A stretch of DNA of 64,000 nt from Rhynchopus sp. YZ270_cl-10 (Eukaryota), in NCBI GenBank assembly GCA_964035575.1, contig OZ037840.1, positions 62,001-126,000 on the forward strand. The letters are read 5' to 3'. This document shows, piece by piece, positions 12,641-23,388 of the stretch. The notes below the pieces were generated by a model. It worked only from the letters and a program-made list of their open reading frames with translations, searched no databases and had not been told where the DNA came from. Every line of letters begins with the position of its first letter. Within the stretch, counting starts at the first letter, position 1. A program made the position numbers and the translations under genes.

Positions 12641-13837
12641 GGGGATACGACTCCAGCCATTTTGGCTGGGACCAAACGCACGGAAAATTCATTTGGCATT
12701 ATCTGGCCATCTCCAAGGCAACTGCGGGTCAATAACACCCTCAGAGTGGGTCACAGGGGGTCTGTGGGTCGAAAAACGACCCAGAAGCCACCCCAGAATA
12801 CAAAAAAATGGAAAAAATTAGTGAAAAAACGGCTTTTTTCAGGTTTTGGCCATGTTGGGCAAAACAGCGATTTTTCAAGAAAAAAACCAAAAACCGACAT
12901 ATTTTTTGACATCACAAAGCCTCCTTTGGCACAAATATACCCCAAAAGTGGCCTGTGAGTCCATTCCAACCTGTTTTGGACATATTTGACACTTTTTGAA
13001 GTGTTTTTTTGGTGTTTTCACACTGAAAAACACCCCAAAAAATCCTTGGACCGTCCTTGGGACAGCACTGCCACCATTGCTCCGACCACATTCTCGGCCA
13101 TATTTTTGCTTAAAACCCCCGAAAAAGGGCCCCCGGAACCCCAATCTTTCCAAATTTCCACCTCATCCCCACCCAAACACCGCAAAAACACGACAGAAAA
13201 TCGTCTTAAAAAACACACTTTTTTCAAAAAGGTCATCAGGCAGGTTCCATAATAGCCTTTTTGAAAAAAGTGTGTTTTTTAAGACGATTTTCTGTCGTGT
13301 TTTTGCGGTGTTTGGGTGGGGATGAGGTGGAAATTTGGAAAGATTGGGGTTCCGGGGGCCCTTTTTCGGGGGTTTTAAGCAAAAATATGGCCGAGAATGT
13401 GGTCGGAGCAATGGTGGCAGTGCTGTCCCAAGGACGGTCCAAGGATTTTTTGGGGTGTTTTTCAGTGTGAAAACACCAAAAAAACACTTCAAAAAGTGTC
13501 AAATATGTCCAAAACAGGTTGGAATGGACTCACAGGCCACTTTTGGGGTATATTTGTGCCAAAGGAGGCTTTGTGATGTCAAAAAATAGCCGTTTTTTTG
13601 GTTTTTTCTTGAAAAACCGCTATTTTGCCCAAAATGGCCAAAACCTGGAAAAAGCCGTTTTTTTCACTATTTTTTTCCATTTTTTTGTATTCTGGGGTGA
13701 CTTCTGGGTCGTTTTTCGGCCCACAGACCCCCTGTGACCCACTCTGAGGGTGTTATTGACCCGCAGTTGCCTTGGAGATGACCAGATAATGCCAAATGAA
13801 TTTTCCGTGCGCAAAAAATGGCTGGAGTCGTACCCCC
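12641..13837. mobile_element. Foldback element A1 (two ~590-bp inverted arms, 23-nt loop), TA-flanked
   Basis: TA|GGGGATACGACTCCAGCC...GGCTGGAGTCGTACCCCC|TA. The arms meet at loop 13233-13255. Mirror-image ORFs in the track (12996+ vs 13492-) confirm the palindrome. Confidence 0.9.
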
Positions 13838-13849
13838 TACCCCCCCCTA

Positions 13850-14882
13850 GGCATAGGTGCCCGGCGAGTTAAAACAACTCGGCAACTCGCCCAAATTCGG
13901 CCTACAACTCGCCCATTTTTTTTGGGCGAGTTGTTTTTTTTTGGCATTTTTTATACACAGGTACACAGGTACACAGGTACACAGGTACACAGGTACACAG
14001 GTACACAGGTACACAGGTACACAGGTACACAGGTACACAGGTACACAGGTACACAGGTACACAGGTACACAGGTACACAGGTACACAGGTACACAGGTAC
14101 ACAGGTACACAGGTACACAGGTACACAGGTACACAGGTACACAGGTACACAGGTACACAGGTACACAGGTACACAGGTACACAGGTACACAGGTACACCA
14201 CATCACATTTTATCTTGTGCATCTCAGCTTGAACGACTCTTTGCCGCTTCACAGCTGGTCTGTGAATGTGCGCTTTGGGTGGTTTTGTATGCTTTGTATC
14301 CCAAGGGAAGTCGTCGCCCAAAGCATTTTGACTGAACGTGCGAACGTTGTGAACCTGTAATCGATAGCAGACAGGAAAAGAGGATGAGCAGGCGGCGCCT
14401 GCCCGACCTGTGTGAAGTGAATCAGTGATTGCCTGACGGATGTCTGGGGAACCGTGTGTTCTGTGTGGGTAGCCATGTACGGAGTATATCCCATTCCCCC
14501 CAGCAATTACCAAAAACCGTGAGTGTGCACGGTGACCCATGGACCACCACGACCTAGTTACCACCTATGACTAGTCATATGACAAGGTGCATGTAATGAG
14601 TGGCGTTTGGCCTTAGCCCTGGTTGTTTTTCTTGAGATCATGTGTTGTACCAACGTTACATGTGTGTAACCTTACAACGTCCCCTCCCATCCCTGTATGT
14701 TTTTGCCTGTAAAAATGGGCGAGTTGTGGCCGAGTTGTGGTCGAGTTGTGCCGAGTATAGGGCGAGTTGTGCCGAGTATAGGGCGAGTTGTGGCCGAGTT
14801 GTGCGAGTTTTGGGCGAGTTGTTTGGTAAAATCGTGGAGTTCGGACAACTCGCCCAAAAACGACTCGGCCGGCACCTATGCC
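13850..14882. mobile_element. Non-autonomous TIR element B1 with internal 8-bp satellite
   Basis: TA|GGCATAGGTGCC..G.CGAGT ... ACTCGGCCGGCACCTATGCC|TA, with many subterminal ACAACTCG(C/G)CC motifs. Confidence 0.85.
13953..14197 (+). repeat. Tandem repeat (GGTACACA)n, ~30 units
   Basis: Perfect 8-bp tandem array. Confidence 0.98.
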
Positions 14883-16031
14883 TAGGGGGTACGACTCCAG
14901 CCATTTTTTGCGCACGGAAAATTCATTTGGCATTATCTGGCCATCTCCAAGGCAACTGCGGGTGAAAAACACCCTCAGAGTGGGTCACAGGGGGCCTGTG
15001 GGTCGAAAAACGACCCAGAAGCCACCCCAGAATACAAAAAAATGGAAAAAAATAGTGAAAAAACGGCTTTTTTCACGTTTTGGCCACTTTGGGCAAAATA
15101 GCGATTTTTCGAGAAAAAAATCAAAAACCGGGATATTTTTTGACATCACAAAGCCTCCTTTGGCACAAATATACCCCAAAAGTGGCCTGTGAGTCCATTC
15201 CAACCTGTTTTGGACATATTTGACACTTTTGGAAGTGTTTTTTTGGTGTTTTTAGGTCAAAAAAATGCCCAAGACGTCCCCAAGACATCCCCAAGACACT
15301 TTGCACACCCCCTGTTACGGTCATATCTTTTTCGTTTTTTTGCCTGAAACCCCCAAAATACCCCTCCCGGACCCCACATAGTCCCGAATATCCATCACAC
15401 ACCCACTCAGAGTGAGTAGAAGCACCCCAAAAAAAATATTTTTTAACCCTTTAAGGACCAGAGGGGACATATATGTCCACGCAACCACCTAAATTGGCTT
15501 CCACTAGGACTTTTTGAAGATTTTTTTTTTTAATGAGAAGATTTTGTGCGAAATCTTTCAAAAGACGCAAGATTCGATTTTTTTTGACGCTCTCATCCCC
15601 TCTCATCCACACCCGGCATTATCACATAATAGGGTATTTTGGGTCATTTTTTGGGGAATATGTACCATTCTGACGCGCTTGAGTCATCAGAGGATTCAAA
15701 CTTTGGTGTGCAGGGAACCATTTTGTACGGTCTTCAGAACGAAACTAAAATAATGGAAAATACCCGCGACTGGGCAAAGTAACACGCGTAGTTGCAGTTC
15801 CTGACCCTGAACTGGATGTGCCTCTTCTCCGTGTATTTATTGCATTTTGTCTTTTGAGGAACATTGTACAGAATGGTTATTTCCCTGCCTCCCGCCAAAG
15901 CCCGAGGGACCCTTGAGGGAGGTCAGGGCTCCCCGAGGGCCGAAGGCCCGAGGGAAGCCCTGACCTCCCGAAAGGAGTCCCGAGGGCCAAGGGAGGGTGG
16001 GATGTAACTTTGTGCCCCGATCCGTGGCTTT

Positions 16032-16481
16032 TTGTGCCCGACTGTCGTTTTTCATTTTTTGCCTGTAAAAACCCTGTATAAGGGGTGCAGCATGGGGGCA
16101 CATGGTGCCCCACACATGGCTCTTGCACGCCAAATTGCCCTCAAATTGCCCGGAATGCCACGCATGGGGCAATCTAGACCGTTTTTGGACCGACCAAAAA
16201 AAATTTTTTCGGAGGGTCCCTTCGAAATTTCGGCGGGAGGGTACGGAAAGCCACAGGGAGGGGTACAAAATCTATATCAACACGGTCAAGGTACAGAGAC
16301 ACTGGCAGGAGGGTGTTGGTCGACAACTTCTTCTTGCTTGGGAAACAGGCGTCTGAAAACAGATTACATGTGCGTGGGATGCGGCGTTCACCTTTGTTCA
16401 GCACCATGCCAAGTTGGCCAAAAGTCCCAAAAGCCCCAACTTTTGTACTGTCCAACCTCTGTACAATTACGGTATATGTAG
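16032..16481 (+). pseudogene. piggyBac transposase C-terminal (Cys-rich domain) remnant
   Basis: ORF contains HMALARQIALKL and RRLKTDYMCVGCGVHLCSAPC, resembling the piggyBac C-terminal zinc ribbon. No DDD core is present. Confidence 0.65.
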
Positions 16482-16552
16482 TTGGTTGGTACCTTCTCTC
16501 CATGCAGTGAGACATTATCTACTAGGACTTTTTGATCGATTTTTTTTTCTTT

Positions 16553-17734
16553 GGGTAAATTGCGATAACACGTATACTTTTTTTTTCGATTTGCGATAAC
16601 ACGTACACAAAAAGTATACGTGTTATCGCGAAAAAGTGTACGTGTTTTCGTGAACAAAAACGTACGTGTTTTCCCAGGTACCCAGGTACCCAGGTACCCA
16701 GGTACCCAGGTACCCAGGTACCCAGGTACCTGGTTTGTCAAGGAAACCAAACTTTTTGTCACGGAAAAAGTCGTGACAGGGCACTGGGTACTGGGTACAC
16801 TGTGTACAAGGATAAAAGTCGTGAAAGAGCAACCACAGCTCCACATGACAAACACAAAAGTGTCCAGTCACGTGGGGCATTCATGCACTGAGGAGATAAT
16901 GATCCAACAATTTACAAGAAAGATTACTTAACCTACTGCTGGAAGTTGCCAGGTCGTAGTAACACACAAAGTGTGCCTCCGTTCGGGAATACCGGATATT
17001 CTAGAGACCAAAAAGGCCTCTTCCGCTAGTCAAGGTATAACCGAATGAACGGCCCAAGACCCCCGTGGAGAAGTTAAATGTTGTAATGCTATCAAGTACA
17101 AACTGCGACCACTGTCTTACCCTCCTCAATGCATGGTGGAAGATGTCTTTGACAACAAACATCCTGTACCCAGGTACCCATATTCCCAGACCCACGCAGT
17201 ACCACGTCGCAGTACTACGCAAAATTTACCACCAGACCCTGTGTTCGTGCACCTTAAGTACGTAAGTCTGGTTCCCAGACCCACGCAGTGGCACATGACC
17301 GCAAGTGTGAGTGACCCACACAGAGGGATACGCAAAATTTACCACCAGACCCTGTCTTCTGAATGTCACACGTACATTTTTTTGAACACTTTTCGCGATA
17401 ACACGTACATATTTCGCTAAAAAAACGGGGTGCTCGCAACCGCGTTCTAGACCCCCACAGATGCTCAAAAGTGCCAAATTTTGCTTTGAATGGCCTCAAA
17501 TCGTCGAAATTAGCCATTTTTGGGGCCCAAAAAAAAAAAAATCGAGGGTCTAGGTATGGAGAGCGAGCACCTTAGAAGAAGGAAACACGTACATTTTTGT
17601 TCGCGATAACACGTATACTTTTTTGACCACTTTTCGCGATAACACGTACACTTTTTCGCGATAACACGTATACTTTTTGTGTACGTGTTATCGCAAATGG
17701 AAACAAAAAGTATACGTGTTATCGCAATTTGCCC
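16553..17734. mobile_element. Mutator/MULE-like non-autonomous element nested in the piggyBac-like element
   Basis: TIR GGG(T/C)AAATTGCGATAACACGTATACTTTTT with a 9-bp TSD TTTTTCTTT (16544-52, 17735-43). The homologous empty site is visible in the related element at ~41650-41710. Internal (GGTACCCA)n at ~16673-16730. Confidence 0.8.
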
Positions 17735-18667
17735 TTTTTCTTTTGAAAGATTTTGAACCGATCTTTCAAATAAAGCCATTTTCGAAAACCGAAAAAACAG
17801 GTGCGCAGCCGGAATAATTTTTTTCTTCAAAATTTTCAGAAAAAAATATCCGCTCTCCTCAATTTTCCATTTTCCATTTTTCTCATTTTATTTCGATTTC
17901 TGCTCCATTTGAAAGATCTGCTCAAAATCTTTCAATTGCGGCCAGGTACGATCAAAAATATGCATCAGATCACATTTTACCTACGGGAGAGAAGATCCTA
18001 GCAAATCGAAAAAATCGGTCGTGGTCCGTAAAGGGTTAAAGCCCTTCAACTTCAACATGGATGCTGCCGAAACTGAAGCACAATTTTAGGGCTTTAAAAA
18101 ATATTTTTTTTGGGGTGCTTCTACTCACTCTGAGTGGGTGTGTGATGGATATTCGGGACTATGTGGGGTCCGGGAGGGGTATTTTGGGGGTTTCAGGCAA
18201 AAAAACGAAAAAAATATGACCGTAACAGGGGGTGTGCAAAGTGTCTTGGGGATGTCTTGGGGACGTCTTGGGCATTTTTTTGACCTAAAAACACCAAAAA
18301 AACACTTCCAAAAGTGTCAAATATGTCCAAAACAGGTTGGAATGGACTCACAGGCCACTTTTGGGGTATATTTGTGCCAAAGGAGGCTTTGTGATGTCAA
18401 AAAATATCCCGGTTTTTGATTTTTTTCTCGAAAAATCGCTATTTTGCCCAAAGTGGCCAAAACGTGAAAAAAGCCGTTTTTTCACTATTTTTTTCCATTT
18501 TTTTGTATTCTGGGGTGGCTTCTGGGTCGTTTTTCGACCCACAGGCCCCCTGTGACCCACTCTGAGGGTGTTTTTCACCCGCAGTTGCCTTGGAGATGGC
18601 CAGATAATGCCAAATGAATTTTCCGTGCGTTTGGTCCCAGCCAAAATGGCTGGAGTCGTATCCCCTA

Positions 18668-19694
18668 GGCATAGGTGCCCGCCGAGTCGTTTTTGGGCGA
18701 GTTGTCGGAACTTTACGATTTCACCTAACAACTCGCCCAAAAACTCGGACAACTCGGCCACAACTCGCCCTATACTCGGCACAACTCGCCCTATACTCGG
18801 CACAACTCGGCCACAACTCGGCCACAACTCGCCCATTTTTACAGGCAAAAACATACAGGGATGGGAGGTGACGTTGTAAGGTTACACACATGTAACGTTG
18901 GTACAACACATAATCTCAAGAAAAACAACCAGGGCTAAGGCCAAACGCCACTCATTACATGCACCTTGTCATATGACTAGTCATAGGTGGTAACTAGGTC
19001 GTGGTGGTCCATGGGCCACCGTGCACACTCACGGTTTTTGGTAATTGCTGGGGGGAATGGGATATACTCCGTACATGGATACCCACACAGAACACACGGT
19101 TCCCCAGACATCTGTCAGGCAATCACTGATTCACTTCACACAGGTCGGGCAGGCGCTGCCTGCCCATCCTCTTTTCCTGTCTGCTATCGATTCCAGGTTC
19201 ACAACGTTCACACGTTTAGTCAAAATGCTTTGGGCGACGACTTCCTTTGGGATACACAAAACCACACAAAGCGCACATTCACAGACCAGCTGTGAAGCGT
19301 GGGATGCACAAGATAAAACGTGATGTGGTGTACCTGTGTACCTGTGTACCTGTGTACCTGTGTACCTGTGTACCTGTGTACCTGTGTACCTGTGTACCTG
19401 TGTACCTGTGTACCTGTGTACCTGTGTACCTGTGTACCTGTGTACCTGTGTACCTGTGTACCTGTGTACCTGTGTACCTGTGTACCTGTGTACCTGTGTA
19501 CCTGTGTACCTGTGTACCTGTGTACCTGTGTACCTGTGTACCTGTGTACCTGTGTACCTGTGTACCTGTGTACCTGTGTTTTTGTAGCCATAAAAAATCC
19601 CAAAAAAAAACAACTCGCCCAAAAAAAATGGGCGAGTTGTTGGCCGAATTTGGGCGAGTTGCCGAGTTGTTTTAACTCGCCGGGCACCTATGCC
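18668..19694. mobile_element. Non-autonomous TIR element B2 (inverted, diverged copy of B1)
   Basis: TA|GGCATAGGTGCCCGCCGAG...CGGGCACCTATGCC|TA. Reverse complement of 13850-14882 with substitutions and indels. Confidence 0.85.
19329..19577 (-). repeat. Tandem repeat (TGTGTACC)n, ~31 units (reverse complement of 13953-14197)
   Basis: Perfect 8-bp tandem array. Confidence 0.98.
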
Positions 19695-19707
19695 TAGGGG
19701 GGGGGTA

Positions 19708-21343
19708 GGGGGGTCCACGTAGAAGGAATTCCTTAAGGATTTGCTGTCCCAAACCCATTTTTTTGAAATTTAGGTGAAGAAACCCACTAAAAAGGTCGTA
19801 CCTGGCCGCAAATCGCCCTGGGGATCACGAAAATATCCCATTAAACCACCTGACAACCTCTACAGAGACTTTCCTGGTTAAAAAAAATCGGTTTTTTGTG
19901 AAAAATCTCCAAAAATAGCGTCATCAAATCGTCATCAACATGGGCTAAAATGCAACACTTACCAAAAAAATTCTCCAATCAGACAAAAATCCTTCTAAAC
20001 ACCCGAAAAACACCCCAGTCCACATCCGGTGGGGTCCCAGGGTGGAAATATATAGTTTTTACAGCTTTTAGGGGTCCTGTGTGGGCCCCAGATGCATTTT
20101 GCAGTGGGTGTGTGTGCCCCAAACGCTTAAAAGTACCCTTTTTTTAGTCACTTTTTTGACTTTTTTTGTACCTGAAAACCCCCAAAAAAGTGCCAAGGTA
20201 GTCGGAATGGTGTCCAAACACCCAGGAAAATGTCCCCCAGACCCCATGTAGGGTGAAAAATAGCATTTTGGGCACTTGGGAGGGTTTTATAGGCCATGCA
20301 ACACTTATGCAACACTTAAGCAACGGCTATGCAACGCCTAGCAGAAGACCACTTATTTACCAAAAAAAAATAATACCAATTCATTCAAAACACCAAAAAA
20401 CCACCTCGGTCCACCTCCAATGAGGTCCCGAGGTGGAAATGTGTGGATTTTGCAGCTTTTTGGGGTCCCTGGGGGGTTTTTGAGGGTGTTTTTGTGTCTG
20501 CAACGCTTAAAATAACGGTATTTCCCCCCATCCTTTTGACGTATTTCGCACCCAAAATAAAAACCCTAAAAGGCGTATTCAGGCAGTCGCAGAAGTGTCT
20601 AAATCCCTCCGAACTGCCTGACATACCTCCCGAGCTGTGGAAAATCGCACTTGCAACACTTACTGGGGCTTTTTGGTCCCTGAAAATGAGAACGTACCCT
20701 GTGCCTAAGTGCAGTAAAGCCTTCCTTGCCTCCTCCTATGACCAATGATTCGTGCGAATCCATTGTCGGTGTCCTTGACCAAGTTGCAAGCCACCACGGA
20801 AGGAGCCAGCACCCCGACAACACCGACCCACTGTCGCTGAAACCTAGACATCCTCTACAGTCTAGGTTGGGTTCCGTATCTCTCAAGGGAAGAACTTGCC
20901 GCAGGATACACCAAGCGCACCACAAAGGCAGGTCCATGCAAAGCACCCAGAAGTAGCAACTTGAAAAGTACAACACTAAAGTGCTTCATCTCTTCACAAA
21001 GACAGAGTTGCGGGAATTTGCGGCAGATTGTGCACCCCTTGACGGCGAAGACACCGGTACGATGAATAAGGAGCCTCTGGTCGCTATGCTGTCTCAGTGA
21101 GCAGTACAGGGATTCTATAGGCATATTAGGGGGTATAATTCCATGGAAAAAAGCGGAAAAAGCGGAAAAAAACACCAAAAAAATCAGAAAAAAGTGCGAA
21201 ATAGTGCTCAAAAGTGTGTTTTTCGTGGTTTTGGGTGATTTTTTGGGGGTTTGGGGGTGTTTTGAGGTGTTTTTTCGGGTTTTTCGCGGGTTTTTACAAA
21301 AAAAAGTGGTTTGGGACAGCAAAAACGGCCGGACGGACCCCCC
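19708..21343. mobile_element. TIR element C, TA-flanked, with degenerate coding remnant
   Basis: TA|GGGGGGTCC...GGACCCCCC|TA, plus a subterminal inverted repeat TTTGCTGTCCCAAACC (19740) / GGTTTGGGACAGCAAA (21308). Confidence 0.75.
20726..21100 (+). pseudogene. Possible transposase C-terminal remnant in element C
   Basis: Reading through one TAG gives PPPMTNDSCESIVGVLD...QSTQK*QLEKYNTKVLHLFTKTELREFAADCAPLDGEDTGTMNKEPLVAMLSQ*. This is a TNxxxE-like motif followed by a SAP/HeH-like helical tail, in a balanced-composition island within homopolymer-rich DNA. Confidence 0.4.
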
Positions 21344-21376
21344 TATAGGGGGGGGGGGGGGGGGGGGGGGGGGGTA

Positions 21377-22947
21377 GGGGCCGCAGTCCCCTAAGGAAAT
21401 TATGTAACAATAATTATTTCGTCATTTTTTGGGCATCTAGTGGGCACCTCAGGGTGTGTCTGACACCCAAAATAGGTTTCCGGGGCAGTGTGACCCAGAA
21501 TTTCATGGTTTGGCACCTCAGAAAGTGAAAAAAGTGTGAAAAAATAGGATTTTCAGCCTTTTTGGCCATTTGGGGCAAAATGGCCAATTTTGGCACATTT
21601 TTTGCTTTGTGGGGGTATTTGGGGCTATTTCACCCCCAAAACCACTCAGAACATATTCTAGGCACCTATTTTCAACCACAATTACCCATACAGGGGGGTA
21701 TTCCGCTCAAGAAATGGTTTTGTTGGGGGTTTTTCCAGCAAATTTTCACTAAGTTTCACTAAGTTTTGCTAAGTTTCACTAAGTTTTACTAAGTTTCACT
21801 AAGTTTTGGTCAAAAAAAATGCAAAAAAAATGCAAAAAACACGAAAAATTGCACAAAAAATGGGAGGAACCGAACAAATATGTATGGTATGGCAAAAATG
21901 TGTCCTCTTTTTTGGGTGACTGATTACCAGAAACACAAAAAAAATGGAAAATAAAGCACAAAACGGCCATTTGGGCCATTTTGGGACAAATGACCATTTT
22001 TGACCAAATTTTCAAAAAAATTGTAAAATTTCGACATCATGACAGCTGCTTGGACACAAAACTACCCCAGGGATGTCCCGTGAGTCTATTCCGACCTGTT
22101 TTGGACACTTTAGGTACTTTTTTTGGCCGCTTTTTGGTGTTTTGAGGTCAAAATGACCCCTGTCTACCCCCTGTCCAGGGGTCATATTCGACTCAATATT
22201 TCAAACCAAGATCGGTTCGGGGGGCCCAAAAGGGTGCAGCTCGTCGAAATCAGGCCCACAGGACCCCTAGGAGTACGATTTCCACAGGAGAGTGACCCCA
22301 AGAGGCCTCTGGCGGCCCTAATTTGGCATTTTTTAGCCCAAAAACCGCCCCTACCCCCCTCTCTGGGGGGGAGGGCAATTTTTCACTCATTTTCCCCATT
22401 TCTAGTGCTTCTGAGTCCTCCAAAGGGTAAAAAAACGGTTCCGTTGGGTCCGCAGACCATTTTTTGGGGGGGTATGTACCAAAATTTGCACCATACCCTA
22501 CTTTATGTGATGGCCAGGGGAAAAATCCTGGCCTTGGACAGGGGGTAGACAGGGGGTGGACAGGGGGTCATTTTGACCAAATTTTGGCCAAATTCACCAA
22601 AGAAAAGGCGTAAAAATGTGAAAAACAGGCGAGAATGGACTCCAAGCACGTTTTTGGGGCAAAATAGGTCTCAAATGACTCTCTGAAACATCGAATTTGG
22701 TGTTTTTTTCATGTTTTTTCATGAAAAATCGGGGTTTTGGCCGAAATGGCCAAAACCCCCAAAAAGCCAGTTTTTTGCTATTTTTTCCCATTTTTTCACA
22801 TTCTGGAGTCGAATTTTCACCCAATTTTGCCTCACAGGGTGTTTCTGACCTATTCTGGGGTGGTTCTCTGCAGGTTGTGGCCACTATACGCCAAAAAGTG
22901 GCAAAATGAATTATTGTTACATAATTTCCTTAGGGGACTGCGGCCCC
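21377..22947. mobile_element. TIR element D, TA-flanked, within poly-G
   Basis: Perfect ~39-bp TIR GGGGCCGCAGTCCCCTAAGGAAATTATGTAACAATAATT. Internal 10-bp tandem CACTAAGTTT (~21747-21806). Shares GTGAGTC.ATTCC.ACCTGTTTTGGACA with the A elements. Confidence 0.9.
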
Positions 22948-23388
22948 TAGGGGGGGGGGGGGGGGGGAAAGAAAAGTTCAAAAAGTTCTAAGTCTCTGGT
23001 GCTACTAGTCACTCCCTCGTGTGCAAACACATCTTGAGAAAGAAGTTGAAAAGTTGTTTTAAAAAAGTCGGCAGGGGGAGTCATCCATTTTGTTTTGCGT
23101 GCTTCGTCTTGAGAGCTTCAGGTTTGGTCTGTTCTACATACCGTGTGCACATGTACATCGTCCTCTTGATCCCTTTGTGCTTCTCTCCTTGTTGCAGGAA
23201 ACGCTGAACAATGGTAGACTCTGCACCTAGGAACCCGTGAGGTGCGTGCAGATGGACGTTAGGGCTGCTATGCGGTGTCATATGTGAAGGACTCTCAACG
23301 CTGAAAGGCGCACAGCTGCCACGTCTTGGGCGCGTCTGCAAGCCCGCAAGCCTGCACCGTCTCCGTCCACCCGTGTGGTGCGGGAACA

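Larger units (their letters stand above)
15447..18035 (+). mobile_element. piggyBac-like defective transposon
   Basis: TTAA target duplication (15443-46, 18036-39), TIR CCCTTTA(A/C)GGACCA, and a transposase C-terminal remnant. Confidence 0.9.
14885..18665. mobile_element. Foldback element A2 (relative of A1, opposite orientation) interrupted by a piggyBac-like insertion
   Basis: TA|GGGGGTACGACTCCAGCC...GGCTGGAGTCGTATCCCC|TA. Arms are 14885-15446 (plus 18040-18045) and 18088-18665, with a 42-nt loop at 18046-18087. The outer ~380 bp is homologous to the A1 arms. Confidence 0.9.

Noticed and set aside
13953..14197. CRISPR array or telomeric repeat
   Set aside because: No spacers and no cas genes. 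The array is internal to a TIR element and is not a TTAGGG-type unit.
13796..14564. ORFs with YTGTQVHR / CTCVPVYL repeats (also 19131-19718) and MPSCHHAI repeats (51400-51865)
   Set aside because: They are translations of stop-free 8-bp tandem repeats open in several frames, not genes.
12641..19713. Palindromes as amplification or assembly foldback artefacts
   Set aside because: The arms differ by substitutions and indels, have recurring asymmetric tips and carry TSD-bounded insertions, which favours real elements. Long-read confirmation is still desirable.
12662..22991. Numerous short F/K-rich ORFs in the element train as transposases
   Set aside because: They derive from A/T/G/C homopolymer-rich TIR arms, are mirrored on both strands and have no catalytic motifs.
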